The position numbers and the translations under genes were made by a program. 40,571 nt of DNA from a virus (lineage: Duplodnaviria > Caudoviricetes): the IMG/VR virus record IMGVR_UViG_3300002301_000034, positions 1 to 40,571 of that record. One strand, given 5' to 3'. Below the pieces are notes generated by a model that made no database searches, was not told where the DNA came from, and saw only the letters and a program-made list of their open reading frames with translations. Positions 8,583 to 18,068 of this stretch are shown in pieces (the first letter of the stretch is position 1; each line of letters starts with the position of its first letter).

Positions 8583-9110
8583 ATGGAAGATGTGAATCTG
8601 GGCGGCAGGCCAACCAAGTATTTGGTATCAATGAATAAGCAGGTATATAAACTTTGTTTACTGGGTATGGTAGACGTAGAATTAGCAGATTTCTTCAATA
8701 TATCTGAATCAACGCTCAATGAGTGGAAGCTGAAATATCCAAAGTTTTCGGAGTCCATTAAAAAGGGCAAGTCCATGCCTGATGCAAACGTCGCAGAAAA
8801 GTTATATAACAGGGCTTTGGGATATGAATATAAGGAGGTGACATTTGAGAAGCTGGACGGAAAGGAGAATCTGACTGTCACTCCGGATGCGATAATCATG
8901 GAGGACCAGTACAGGAAGAAAATCACTATTAAGCACCAACCGGCTGATACCACAGCGCAGATATTCTGGCTTAAGAACAGAGATCCGGAACGTTGGCGTG
9001 ACAGACATACTGTTGAGAATAAAAACACCAACACGAACGTCAACTACAACCTGGAGATGTCGAAGGAGGAACTGGAGGCGTACAATAAGAAACTCGAAAA
9101 TGATTGTTAG
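8583..9110 (+). CDS. terS: Terminase small subunit
   Basis: GGRPTKY...ELADFFNISESTLNEWKLKYPKF...LYNRALGY...PADTTAQIFWLKNR. Confidence 0.9.
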   Translation: MEDVNLGGRPTKYLVSMNKQVYKLCLLGMVDVELADFFNISESTLNEWKLKYPKFSESIKKGKSMPDANVAEKLYNRALGYEYKEVTFEKLDGKENLTVTPDAIIMEDQYRKKITIKHQPADTTAQIFWLKNRDPERWRDRHTVENKNTNTNVNYNLEMSKEELEAYNKKLENDC

Positions 9111-10623
9111 TGCAGAGCCATCGATTGAAGAGTTAAAGGAGCGGAAAGTGGCCCGGCACAAGTGCAAGGAGTCGCTTCTGTTCTCTACCCGCTATTTATA
9201 CAAGAAAATATACCGTCGGCGCTATATCGTCCGTAAGCATCACCAGATGATGGCCGAGGCGCTGGAGAAAGTATTCAAGGGTGAGATTACCCGGTTGATC
9301 ATCACTATCCCACCCCGTTACGGCAAGACAGAGCTTGGTGTAGTCAATTTCATGGCTCATGGCCTTTCGCTCAATCCATCGTCAAAATTCATGCACCTGT
9401 CGGCCAGCGCAAGCCTGGCACTGGAAAACTCTGAAAAGGTTCGCGACCTGGTTAAAAGTGAATCGTACAGAGAGCTATTCCCGGAAGTGCGCATAAAAAA
9501 CAGCACAGATAGTAAGGCGAAGTGGTATACCGAAGCTGGCGGCGGTGTGTATGCTGCCGGTGCTGCCGGTCAGGTAACAGGCTTTGGTGCTGGCCAGACA
9601 GCAGACGATACTGAAGATACCGAGAGTAAGTCCGTCGACGAATTTATATCAGAGCTGGAGCAGAAAGAAGGGTTCGCTGGCGCCATCGTGATAGATGACC
9701 CGGTTAAGCCTGATGACGCAGACAGCGATGTAAAGCGTCTCCGCGTCAACAATCGTTACTATAGCACCATTAAAAGCCGTCTTAACAGCAAAAAGACGCC
9801 AATCATCATTATCATGCAGCGGTTGCACGAGCTGGATCTTGTTGGCTATGTACTCAGCGTGGAGCCTGACGACTGGACCGTGATCAACATACCGGCTCTG
9901 TGGGTTGATGAAGCGGGTGAGCTGCAATGCCTGGACCCGACAAAGCATACTGTAGCTGATCTGGTTAAAATGGAAAACAGCGAAGATGTGGAGGTTCGCA
10001 TTGTCTTCCAGCGACAGTTCCAGCAGAATCCGAAGCCGCGCGAAGGCCTGATGTTCCCGATGCAGGACCTTCAGTTCTATGATCCTAAGCTCATAGACGT
10101 TGAGGCGCAGTCGGAATACTCGTTCAGCTACACTGACCCGGCAAACAAAGGCGGCGACTCATTAGCATCACCTATTGGCAGGCTCATCGGCGACAAGATA
10201 TATCTACCCGAGATCATCTACAGCAAGGACGGTACAGAGCTGGTTGGTCCGCGTATCGTCGATATGATAGTCAGGCATAAATGTGAGGCTGCAGAAGTAG
10301 AGGCCAACTTCAACTGGTACCAGTTTGGTGGCGAGCTGCGTGATCAGCTGGCTGAGGTATGGGAAGATTGTGATATGCGCCTTATCAAGAATACTACCAA
10401 CAAGCACACCCGCATATTGGCCCAAAAGGCATTTATAACAAAGCGGTTCGTGTTCCGTTCAGACTGGCAGTTTTGCAGCAAGGATTATCGTGCATTTATC
10501 CTGAACCTGACAGAATACAGGGAAATACAGGACGGTGCAAGCAAGAATGTACATGATGACGCTCCCGATGCAGCTGCAGGTATGGCCAAGTATTTCAGGG
10601 CTCAATTCGCTCACCTCTGGTAG
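9100..10623 (+). CDS. terL: Terminase large subunit
   Basis: IPPRYGKT, VIDDPVK, IIIMQRLHELDL, QFQQNP, TDPA and HDDAPDA. ATG 9100 preferred over 8998. Confidence 0.95.
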   Translation: MIVSAEPSIEELKERKVARHKCKESLLFSTRYLYKKIYRRRYIVRKHHQMMAEALEKVFKGEITRLIITIPPRYGKTELGVVNFMAHGLSLNPSSKFMHLSASASLALENSEKVRDLVKSESYRELFPEVRIKNSTDSKAKWYTEAGGGVYAAGAAGQVTGFGAGQTADDTEDTESKSVDEFISELEQKEGFAGAIVIDDPVKPDDADSDVKRLRVNNRYYSTIKSRLNSKKTPIIIIMQRLHELDLVGYVLSVEPDDWTVINIPALWVDEAGELQCLDPTKHTVADLVKMENSEDVEVRIVFQRQFQQNPKPREGLMFPMQDLQFYDPKLIDVEAQSEYSFSYTDPANKGGDSLASPIGRLIGDKIYLPEIIYSKDGTELVGPRIVDMIVRHKCEAAEVEANFNWYQFGGELRDQLAEVWEDCDMRLIKNTTNKHTRILAQKAFITKRFVFRSDWQFCSKDYRAFILNLTEYREIQDGASKNVHDDAPDAAAGMAKYFRAQFAHLW

Positions 10624-10671
10624 GGGGTGAATATAACTTTTTGCATACGGCGTTGATAGTGTGGATTTTTG
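10622..10671 (+). promoter_or_regulatory. Putative late promoter P3 (head operon)
   Basis: AGGGGGTGAATATAACTTTTT 10622-10642, 21 nt spacer, GATTTTTG 10664-10671, ATG at 10679. Confidence 0.7.
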
Positions 10672-10678
10672 TTTTACA

Positions 10679-12136
10679 ATGTGGTACAATCCTGCTTCAT
10701 GGTTTAACAATGTGCGCTTCCAAAAGGATAAAGGGGGGAATTATATCTACACCCTCAGTGATCCCGGGCTAAGCGATTTTATATCATGCTTAAACGGCGG
10801 CTATTCAGAAGCTAACATGATCACCATGTTCAGCACTATACCGGAATTCTTTTCAGTCATCGATGCCATAGCTACCAGGGTAAAGAACGGACAATACACA
10901 TTGGTTAAAACCGATGAATCGGCCGATCCAATTGAAGATAACGCGCTTTGGAACTCTATAAAGGTTAAACCAAACTGGCAGTATACATTCAAGAACTTCA
11001 TTTACCATTACATCATCTACAAGTATTGCACCGGCAACGTGTATGGATATGCAAATGTCCCGTCTACACTGACGGTTAAGCATTCAAATATAAAATCTAT
11101 CTGGCTGCTGCCATCGCATTACGTGCAGCTCCGGTTATTATCCCCACGGCCATCATACTTGACAACGCTTGCAGCAAAGGATATTGTTGATTTCTTTCAG
11201 TACAACGGCGGTGACAGCATGAGCCAGATAAAGCCGGAGTATGTTACACATGATGTTTTCATCAAAATGGGCGATGCCAGCGACATAGTAACTGGTAAGG
11301 GTGTTTCTCCGTTTAAGGCTGGCGAATACCCTATGTCGAACCTGATAGCGGTATACAAGGCGCGGAATGTGATCTATGTCAAGCGCGGACCAGGTGGGGC
11401 TATTGTAAGTGCGAAAAGTGACGCAAATGGATTAATAGCCCTTACACCGAAAGAGAAAAGAGAAGTAGCGGAGGATATCAGCAACGACTATGGCCTTGAC
11501 GGACGTAAGTCTCCATTCGCAGTAAGCAACCAGCCGATAAACTGGATTAAGATGGGCTCGACCATACAAGAGCTACAGCCATTTGAAGAAACCCTTGCAT
11601 CTACATCCGCGCTGGCGGGAATAGCCGGTGTTCCGATGGCATTGATACCTAAGACAACAGAGTCAAAGTTTGCTAACCTGGACATCGCAGAACGTAATTT
11701 CTACGAAAACAAGATTATACCCGAGGCGGAAGCTTTTTGTCATTTCCTTACGCAGCTCTGTCGTTTTGATGAGATAGGCGCAAAGGTGGTTGTTTCCTTC
11801 GATGGGATATCAGCATTGCAGGACGATGCACAGAAGGCCGCACAGGCATTGCTGGCCAATACAAACGCGGCAACGCAGCTATATGACGATGGACACATCA
11901 CTCAAAATGAACTGCGTGCACTCATCGGCCATGAACCAATTGAGGGTGGAGATGATTATATCGACGAAGAGGAGCGCCTTGCTGGTAAGTTTCCTCCAAA
12001 TCCAATAAACAACACAGAGACTCCCGGAAACATTGATAGCGAGGTTGATCCGGTTGAAGGTGACGAGAATCCACCAAAGAAGGTGTTGAAATTATTCAAA
12101 GGTCAAAAACGTAAACTCCGTGGTACTAAAAAATAG
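10679..12136 (+). CDS. Portal protein (HK97-like)
   Basis: Follows terL. PNWQYT, GNVY, GKGVSP, GVPMALI, FYENKIIP, ITQNELRALIGHEPIEGGD. Confidence 0.92.
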   Translation: MWYNPASWFNNVRFQKDKGGNYIYTLSDPGLSDFISCLNGGYSEANMITMFSTIPEFFSVIDAIATRVKNGQYTLVKTDESADPIEDNALWNSIKVKPNWQYTFKNFIYHYIIYKYCTGNVYGYANVPSTLTVKHSNIKSIWLLPSHYVQLRLLSPRPSYLTTLAAKDIVDFFQYNGGDSMSQIKPEYVTHDVFIKMGDASDIVTGKGVSPFKAGEYPMSNLIAVYKARNVIYVKRGPGGAIVSAKSDANGLIALTPKEKREVAEDISNDYGLDGRKSPFAVSNQPINWIKMGSTIQELQPFEETLASTSALAGIAGVPMALIPKTTESKFANLDIAERNFYENKIIPEAEAFCHFLTQLCRFDEIGAKVVVSFDGISALQDDAQKAAQALLANTNAATQLYDDGHITQNELRALIGHEPIEGGDDYIDEEERLAGKFPPNPINNTETPGNIDSEVDPVEGDENPPKKVLKLFKGQKRKLRGTKK

Positions 12137-12869
12137 CAAAATACAGCAGAAGCGCCAGGACTCTGGCCTTGTAAATTATAAAGAGCTTTCTTTCCAGGTA
12201 AAGAAGCCATCTGTAGATAGTCGCAAAGTAAGCGGCTATTTCGCTGTATTTGGAAATAAAGACAGCGATAGTGATATCATCATCAAAGGTGCATTTGCTA
12301 AGTCTATCGCCGATCGCGGTCCTGAATCATCAGCCGGTAATAAAATAGCGTTCCTGTGGCAGCACGATATGAAAGAGCCACTCGGGCGCATAACAATGCT
12401 CAAAGAAGACGACTTCGGACTTTACTTCGAGTGTGACCTGGATGACATAGACACCGCCAACCGGGCGCTTACTCAGATGGAAAGCGGTACGCTTGACAAA
12501 TTCAGCATCGGTTATCAATACGTGTGGGATAAGATGGAATATGACCAAGATCAGGACGCTTTCATATGTAAGGAGCTCAACCTGTTTGAAGGTAGCGTGG
12601 TGACGATGGCGGCGAATGATGCCACGTATTATGCAGGCCTGAAGAGTGAAGATCTGGTAAGTGAGATAGACGAACTACATGAAGAGACTGAACGGTTTTT
12701 CAGGTCTCTTCCACAACAAAAGCAGTTTGAATTACGCCAAATAATGACCAAACAGTTAGCACTTGCTAAGTCTGAGCCGCTTGAAAAGCTAAAGCAGGCA
12801 CTCAAAGAAAAGCAAGCCGCTAAGCCGGTATCACGTTGGGCGAAGCTCGCTGAATTATCAAACAATTAA
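12120..12869 (+). CDS. HK97-family prohead protease
   Basis: SGYFAVFGNKDSDSDIIIKGAF, FLWQHD, FSIGY, LFEGSVVTMAAN. Confidence 0.95.
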   Translation: MVLKNSKIQQKRQDSGLVNYKELSFQVKKPSVDSRKVSGYFAVFGNKDSDSDIIIKGAFAKSIADRGPESSAGNKIAFLWQHDMKEPLGRITMLKEDDFGLYFECDLDDIDTANRALTQMESGTLDKFSIGYQYVWDKMEYDQDQDAFICKELNLFEGSVVTMAANDATYYAGLKSEDLVSEIDELHEETERFFRSLPQQKQFELRQIMTKQLALAKSEPLEKLKQALKEKQAAKPVSRWAKLAELSNN

Positions 12870-12895
12870 ATCACAATTAAAAAACATCTATAAGG

Positions 12896-14290
12896 ATGAA
12901 AAAAATCATTTTCAAAATCAGAAAGGGCACCAAAGAGCTGATCTTAGGATTGGCAGTTCTTGGTGTGCTTGGCCTGTCTGCGTTTACGCACACAGCCACA
13001 AAGGCGATAGAAGCCCTGGCGCCGGTAGGTATTGTAGCCACAATGAAAAAGAAGGGTGTAACCCTGACTGAAGACGAAGAAAAGTCTTTTGGCGCGATAG
13101 ACGAGGTTATTGCAAACCACGTAAAAGGGCTGGTTACTAACGAAGATCTCACCGAAAAACTGAAAGGAATTACCTCTGGCATGACTGCCGATCAGGTAAA
13201 AGAATTCAATGAAATGGTAGAGACTGTTCAAAAACAGGCCATTCTGCTTGATCAGATCAAAAGCATGAGTAACGGTTCTGGCGGCGTTGATGACTCTATC
13301 ATGGGGCAAATACGTGCGGGCCTGAAAGCTGCAATGCCCGAAATATTGAAGTTTAAAGCGCAGGAGAAAGGCGCTGGCTTTCAGATTGCCATCAAGGCGG
13401 CTGGTCCGCAGACTATAGGAGCTACAACGGCATCTACAACTGCAGCCACGGCGATAGCCTTCCCGACACCGGAGGTAATACCAGGCCTTAATGATCTGCA
13501 CCGTAATCAGCCGTTCCTGATACAGATAATGAGCGTTTCTGGCACGAGCAGCTCTAACATCATTTGGCAGGAAAAAATAAATCCACAGGGCCAAGCGCAG
13601 TGGGTTGGCGAGAATGTTCTGGCCCCAATGGTGTCTTTCGACATCGAAATAGGCGAAAGTCGCGCTAAGATGGTCACGGCTCAAACAACCGTTTCCACTC
13701 AGATGCTCGATGATATCGACTATATATCAGGTGAGATAGAGAAGGAAATCATCTATCAGATAAACATCCTGACTGATGCTTATCTTCTGTCGGGTAATGG
13801 CGCTGGTGATAATCTGAAGGGGTTGGCCGCTTACGTGGGCGGATATGTGTTGACAACTGTTAAGACAGACAATCCTAACACAAGCGATGTAATACTCGCG
13901 GCGTGCACTCAGATTACCTCTCTGAACTTCAGAGCCAACATCGCGTGTCTGAACCCGATAGATTTCGCAAACACCAAGTTGCTAAAAGGCACTACCGGCT
14001 ATTACATCATTAACCCTAATGACAAGGATAACAGCATGGGCGGCGTGCCAGTGATACAATCCAACCAGGTGCCAGTAGGTAAGGTGCTCGTAATGGACAC
14101 TACGCGAACCAATGTTAAGATCCTCCAGGGCATGATGATCAATTTCGGCTGGGTAAATGACAACTTCACAAAACACATGGTAACCATCATGGGTGATATG
14201 AGGTTGCATAACTACATCAAGAACAATGACCTTGGGGCCTTTGTTTATGATGATATCGCTAACATCAAATCGGCAATAGCTAACGTGTAA
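12896..14290 (+). CDS. Major capsid protein (HK97 fold) with hydrophobic N-terminal extension; alternative start 13043
   Basis: Follows the protease. Delta-like helical region, then WVGE...AP, VSTQMLDD, LLSGNG...NLKGL, GVPVIQSNQVPVG, DNFTKHMVTI. Confidence 0.92.
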   Translation: MKKIIFKIRKGTKELILGLAVLGVLGLSAFTHTATKAIEALAPVGIVATMKKKGVTLTEDEEKSFGAIDEVIANHVKGLVTNEDLTEKLKGITSGMTADQVKEFNEMVETVQKQAILLDQIKSMSNGSGGVDDSIMGQIRAGLKAAMPEILKFKAQEKGAGFQIAIKAAGPQTIGATTASTTAATAIAFPTPEVIPGLNDLHRNQPFLIQIMSVSGTSSSNIIWQEKINPQGQAQWVGENVLAPMVSFDIEIGESRAKMVTAQTTVSTQMLDDIDYISGEIEKEIIYQINILTDAYLLSGNGAGDNLKGLAAYVGGYVLTTVKTDNPNTSDVILAACTQITSLNFRANIACLNPIDFANTKLLKGTTGYYIINPNDKDNSMGGVPVIQSNQVPVGKVLVMDTTRTNVKILQGMMINFGWVNDNFTKHMVTIMGDMRLHNYIKNNDLGAFVYDDIANIKSAIANV

Positions 14291-14336
14291 AGGCGTAAGC
14301 TGACCAATATTTTTTAACCAATAAAAATCAATCAAC

Positions 14337-14549
14337 GTGGCTGATAAAGTAGAAAAACCCGTAAAGCTGACCGACAAAGTAAAGTTGGTAGCGACAGACG
14401 CTCACCCCTTCAGGAAAGAAGGCGCTGAGTTTGAAATACACCCGGCGCATAAAGATGACCTGCTAAAAAAGAAGTGGGCAGTTGAGCCAGGTGGTAAAAC
14501 AGAAACAAAAGGTGCTGCAGAACTGAAAGTACCTGAAGAAACAAAATAA
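14337..14549 (+). CDS. Small post-capsid protein
   Basis: GTG start with A-rich leader; typical position after the capsid gene. Confidence 0.7.
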   Translation: MADKVEKPVKLTDKVKLVATDAHPFRKEGAEFEIHPAHKDDLLKKKWAVEPGGKTETKGAAELKVPEETK

Positions 14550-14557
14550 GTGAATAA

Positions 14558-15106
14558 ATGTCATTGATCGATAAAACATACTTCCAAGGGGAAATTAATC
14601 TACCAGGCTTGCAGTCTCCGGACATTCAGGCCAAGCTTGCCATATTTATCACAAAATATGAGCTCCAATACTTACAGCAGGCCTTGGGTTATTCCTTTTG
14701 GAAGTTGTTTAATGACTCATTGCCTACGCCTCCCGCAAATGGTCGTTTTGATAAATTGCTGAATGGTGGCGAATACACAGATTGCCGTGGGTTTGTCAAA
14801 AAGTGGAATGGCCTTGTAAGCGCGACTAAAGACAGTTCGATTGCAAACTATGTATACTATTGGTACACCCGGGACAACGCATCATTTACAACCACTGTCG
14901 GCGAAGTAAAAGCAACTACCGAGAACAGCACCAACGGATCAATGGTAATGAAGCAAACCCGCGCTTATAACGCCATGGTCGCTCTTACAGACCAGATGCA
15001 TGAGTTCCTGAAATATTCAGTGAATGGCGATGCTACCCCGATGTTTCCTGAATTTGACGAGTGCCAGACAACCTATTTTGAACGACTAAGATTTACAGCG
15101 ATATGA
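14558..15106 (+). CDS. Putative head-tail connector/adaptor
   Basis: Position; LIDKTYF...YELQYLQQALG...IANYVYYWY pattern. Confidence 0.65.
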   Translation: MSLIDKTYFQGEINLPGLQSPDIQAKLAIFITKYELQYLQQALGYSFWKLFNDSLPTPPANGRFDKLLNGGEYTDCRGFVKKWNGLVSATKDSSIANYVYYWYTRDNASFTTTVGEVKATTENSTNGSMVMKQTRAYNAMVALTDQMHEFLKYSVNGDATPMFPEFDECQTTYFERLRFTAI

Positions 15107-15702
15107 TACAGCATCCTGATCCAGTTGTTACAACAATGTCCGGCATTGTGGAAAAAGTTAACAGCTCTATTCTTGCAAAGCTTCAGGAAGCGAACGGCAG
15201 TATTCTTTCTGTCGGTTATATGTATGGTCATCCGTTGGAACTTGTACAGACGCTGAAGGAAAAGACGGAGAATCCAGGAGTTGCCCAGCCAGATGGCAGT
15301 GTAACCGGGGGTAAGTTCGATATGTTCCCTGTGGTCATGCTCTTCACGGACATCGTATCAAAGCCAAGCAAGGTGCGTGGCCTGTTCAAAGATGTCAACC
15401 TGGATATAGTGATTGCAATGAACACAGATCCTACGTTAAAGGCGGCAGACAGAGAGGCTAAAAACTTCGTTCCCATACTCAGGCCTATATACTATGAGCT
15501 GATCAATCAGATTGTGGCGTCAGGCGCATTCTGGGTGCAAAGTCAGAAGCAGATACTCGGCTACGACACAGATCGGTACTACTGGGGTAAAACGGGCATA
15601 TACGGCAACACGGGAAATCAATTCAATGACTATTTGGACGCGATCGAAATCAAAGGACTCCCTTTAACAATTAACTACAAAAACCAACCATTTCAAAGAT
15701 GA
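15103..15702 (+). CDS. Putative neck/tail-completion protein
   Basis: Position; ATGA overlaps on both sides. Confidence 0.55.
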   Translation: MIQHPDPVVTTMSGIVEKVNSSILAKLQEANGSILSVGYMYGHPLELVQTLKEKTENPGVAQPDGSVTGGKFDMFPVVMLFTDIVSKPSKVRGLFKDVNLDIVIAMNTDPTLKAADREAKNFVPILRPIYYELINQIVASGAFWVQSQKQILGYDTDRYYWGKTGIYGNTGNQFNDYLDAIEIKGLPLTINYKNQPFQR

Positions 15703-16202
15703 AAAAGATAAAATTAATGCTGGCGCTATCGCTGATATGCCTTACAGCCACTTCATTCGGACAGATACAGAAGCTAACGACCAGATCCCAGACAGGATTC
15801 GGCGTCATTAAAGCCGCGGATACAACAATCAACGCGGATACAACATATCTGATATTGGACACAAATTACAACAACGGCGGCGGCACAACACCCGGCTCCA
15901 TAAGTTCGTATGGCGATGTGATAGTCAACTGGACTAATACACAGCTAACCGGAACATCTGGCGGCAGTGTGATATTCCAGGGCAGCATGACAGGCGTATT
16001 TGCCGTTGTAGGTGACTGGGTCACTCTTGTGTGTGATAAAAATGGCGCCTTAGTGAAGGATACCGTCACGGTATCGGGAACTACCGGAGGAACGTTCATT
16101 ATACCTAATTGTAAATTCAGGTACATACGAGCGCGATATATCTCATCCGGCACCCAGACATCTACTCTTGTTGGCACAGCGTGGCTCCGAAGACACGACT
16201 AA
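15699..16202 (+). CDS. Signal-peptide-bearing beta-rich protein (decoration-like)
   Basis: MKKIKLMLALSLICLTATSFG/Q, then a Thr/Gly-rich domain FQGS..G..W..L...RYIRARY. Confidence 0.7.
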   Translation: MKKIKLMLALSLICLTATSFGQIQKLTTRSQTGFGVIKAADTTINADTTYLILDTNYNNGGGTTPGSISSYGDVIVNWTNTQLTGTSGGSVIFQGSMTGVFAVVGDWVTLVCDKNGALVKDTVTVSGTTGGTFIIPNCKFRYIRARYISSGTQTSTLVGTAWLRRHD

Positions 16203-16256
16203 TAGCCTACATGAGTAAAAAGTAAACAACATTTTCAACCTCTTCAATTTTAAACA

Positions 16257-17258
16257 ATGAACAGAGTCAAAGGACTTAACAACGCACAGATAGGCAGGAA
16301 CACCGGCAAAAACACCACACCGCTGAATCCTGGCCTGATCAGAGGCTCCATACTCGTGCCGTACAACTGGACGTTTCCAATAGGACCAACGGACACCGAT
16401 GCCACAATGGTAACAAACCTGCAGGCTGCGCTCTTAGCGTTGCTTGTAAACCCGAACTATAACGCGCGCGGCTTCTACATAGGTCCTTATGAAACCTATG
16501 ACGACAAGATGGAAGCTCCAACAGAGCAGAAGCTTGGATATGGCAAGACCGTTGAAACAAACCGCGCCGTTTATAACGATGAGTTTGTCTTCGATGAAGG
16601 CGGCCTGGACTACTTCATGTCCGTATTGTCATTCCGTGGCAAATTCAACCAGTACAAGCGCGTTGATATCGACATCGCCGGCAATGTAGGTGGCTGCACT
16701 ACAATCGACCCGACAACGGGCCTTGTAACCGGCTTCCAGGGTTATACCCTGTCTCGTCTGTATCCTCACGATCGTAAGAATGCGAACAAGACTACAGAAA
16801 TGGAGTATCGCATCGCTTATACCCTGGAGAACAGCGCCGAGTACAATGAAAACTGCTATATCCTCGAAACAGGTGTAGACATGATCGGATTCGTACAGAA
16901 CCTGGGCATTCAGGACGTAAACATCACTCCGGTTGGCCCAATGGTTGCGCATGTCGCATCTTACGTGGTTACTGCTGAAGGTGGTGGTATCAACCTGGCG
17001 CTTACATTACCTGCAATGATGGTAGCCGCAAGCTTCGTATTCAAGAACGGCAATACAGGGGCCACAGTGGGTACTACAGCGGTTGCAATCGTCGGTAACA
17101 AGGTTCAGGTAACCTTCGATACTGCTTCAGGTGGCTGGTCTGTTGGAGCTCCGGTGATAATGACCACTACTGACGTTACCACATTGGCAACGGCCGGCTT
17201 TAAATACTACGAAGGCGTATCTGCAGCAGCGCAGGCATCAGTAGTGATGGTAGCTTAA
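16257..17258 (+). CDS. Putative major tail (tube) protein with C-terminal beta domain
   Basis: Size and position, strong A-rich leader, beta-rich sequence. Confidence 0.65.
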   Translation: MNRVKGLNNAQIGRNTGKNTTPLNPGLIRGSILVPYNWTFPIGPTDTDATMVTNLQAALLALLVNPNYNARGFYIGPYETYDDKMEAPTEQKLGYGKTVETNRAVYNDEFVFDEGGLDYFMSVLSFRGKFNQYKRVDIDIAGNVGGCTTIDPTTGLVTGFQGYTLSRLYPHDRKNANKTTEMEYRIAYTLENSAEYNENCYILETGVDMIGFVQNLGIQDVNITPVGPMVAHVASYVVTAEGGGINLALTLPAMMVAASFVFKNGNTGATVGTTAVAIVGNKVQVTFDTASGGWSVGAPVIMTTTDVTTLATAGFKYYEGVSAAAQASVVMVA

Positions 17259-17289
17259 TAAAATTCGATAACTACTTAAATTATTCAAA

Positions 17290-17523
17290 GTGGAACTGAA
17301 ATACGGAAATATCAACTTCAATGCGGATTCTATAGCTGCTAAAAATGTTAAGGACTTCATTGATCAGGAAAAAAACAGCTTCTTTCTGGACAAGCCAGAA
17401 GACGAACGCGTAGAATTGCTGGCTGACGTGCACGAACGATGCTGCAAGTTGGTAGGCATAATACCTGAGCCACCAAAGGCAGTTGAGACCGACATACAGC
17501 TTGAAAAGCACTATGAAGAGTAG
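17290..17523 (+). CDS. Small tail-region protein
   Basis: GTG start with A/T-rich leader; followed by a terminator. Confidence 0.65.
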   Translation: MELKYGNINFNADSIAAKNVKDFIDQEKNSFFLDKPEDERVELLADVHERCCKLVGIIPEPPKAVETDIQLEKHYEE

Positions 17524-17544
17524 TTGTCGAATTGACGAATATCT

Positions 17545-17575
17545 AAAAGGGTGGCAAGTACGCCACCCTTTTTTT
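17545..17575 (+). terminator. Rho-independent terminator inside the tail cluster
   Basis: AAAAGGGTGGC-AAGTAC-GCCACCCTTTTTTT. Confidence 0.85.
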
Positions 17576-17587
17576 AAATAACCCAGT

Positions 17588-18067
17588 ATGTGTACAGGAG
17601 CGGAAATGTTACGGCGGATACAATCAGTGAGCCTCACACAGCTCACCGGTGATATCATTGCTGAAAATACAGCGCCTGTACGTGAGCTGAACATATCACA
17701 GCTCATGGCCGGGCTCAACAACCTTGGCCAGCCGCTGAGCCCGAAGTATTCAGAAGATCCATGGTTTAAGAAGCCCGGCGCAGCGCAACGATACGCTGAC
17801 TGGAAAAAGAAGCGATTCCCGGAGACGCCGTACGACACACCCAACCTGATAGTTATAGGCACGTTCCATAATTCCATAGCAGTATCAAGATTCGGCGATA
17901 GTGTGCGCTTTGATGCGTCGGCCACATTCGCCGGCGCCATAGCTACAAAGTATAACAACACGCCATTGGGCCTCAATGATAAGAGCCTTTACCTGGCGTG
18001 GACAGACATAGTAAAATCGCCACTGGTAAGAAAGGTGGCCTCAATAACCGGAGCAAAAATCATATAG
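17588..18067 (+). CDS. Putative neck/tail completion protein
   Basis: LNISQLMAG...PKYS...YADWK...PNLIVIGTFHNSI...KY...LGL, typical of virion morphogenesis proteins. Confidence 0.6.
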   Translation: MCTGAEMLRRIQSVSLTQLTGDIIAENTAPVRELNISQLMAGLNNLGQPLSPKYSEDPWFKKPGAAQRYADWKKKRFPETPYDTPNLIVIGTFHNSIAVSRFGDSVRFDASATFAGAIATKYNNTPLGLNDKSLYLAWTDIVKSPLVRKVASITGAKII

Positions 18068-18068
18068 G

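Noticed and set aside
8998-9099. N-terminal extension of TerL
   Set aside because: Overlaps terS extensively; ATG 9100 gives the usual short overlap.
9595-9680. Acidic insert in TerL as an intein or intron
   Set aside because: Only about 25-30 aa, in frame, with no splicing motifs; likely a surface loop.
17360-17430. -1 frameshift at A AAA AAC in the small tail gene (G/GT-type chaperone)
   Set aside because: The -1 frame stops after about 17 codons and a terminator follows the gene.
12944-17976. Long antisense ORFs (12944..13684, 17281..17976 and similar)
   Set aside because: Shadows of well-supported + strand genes with no recognisable motifs.
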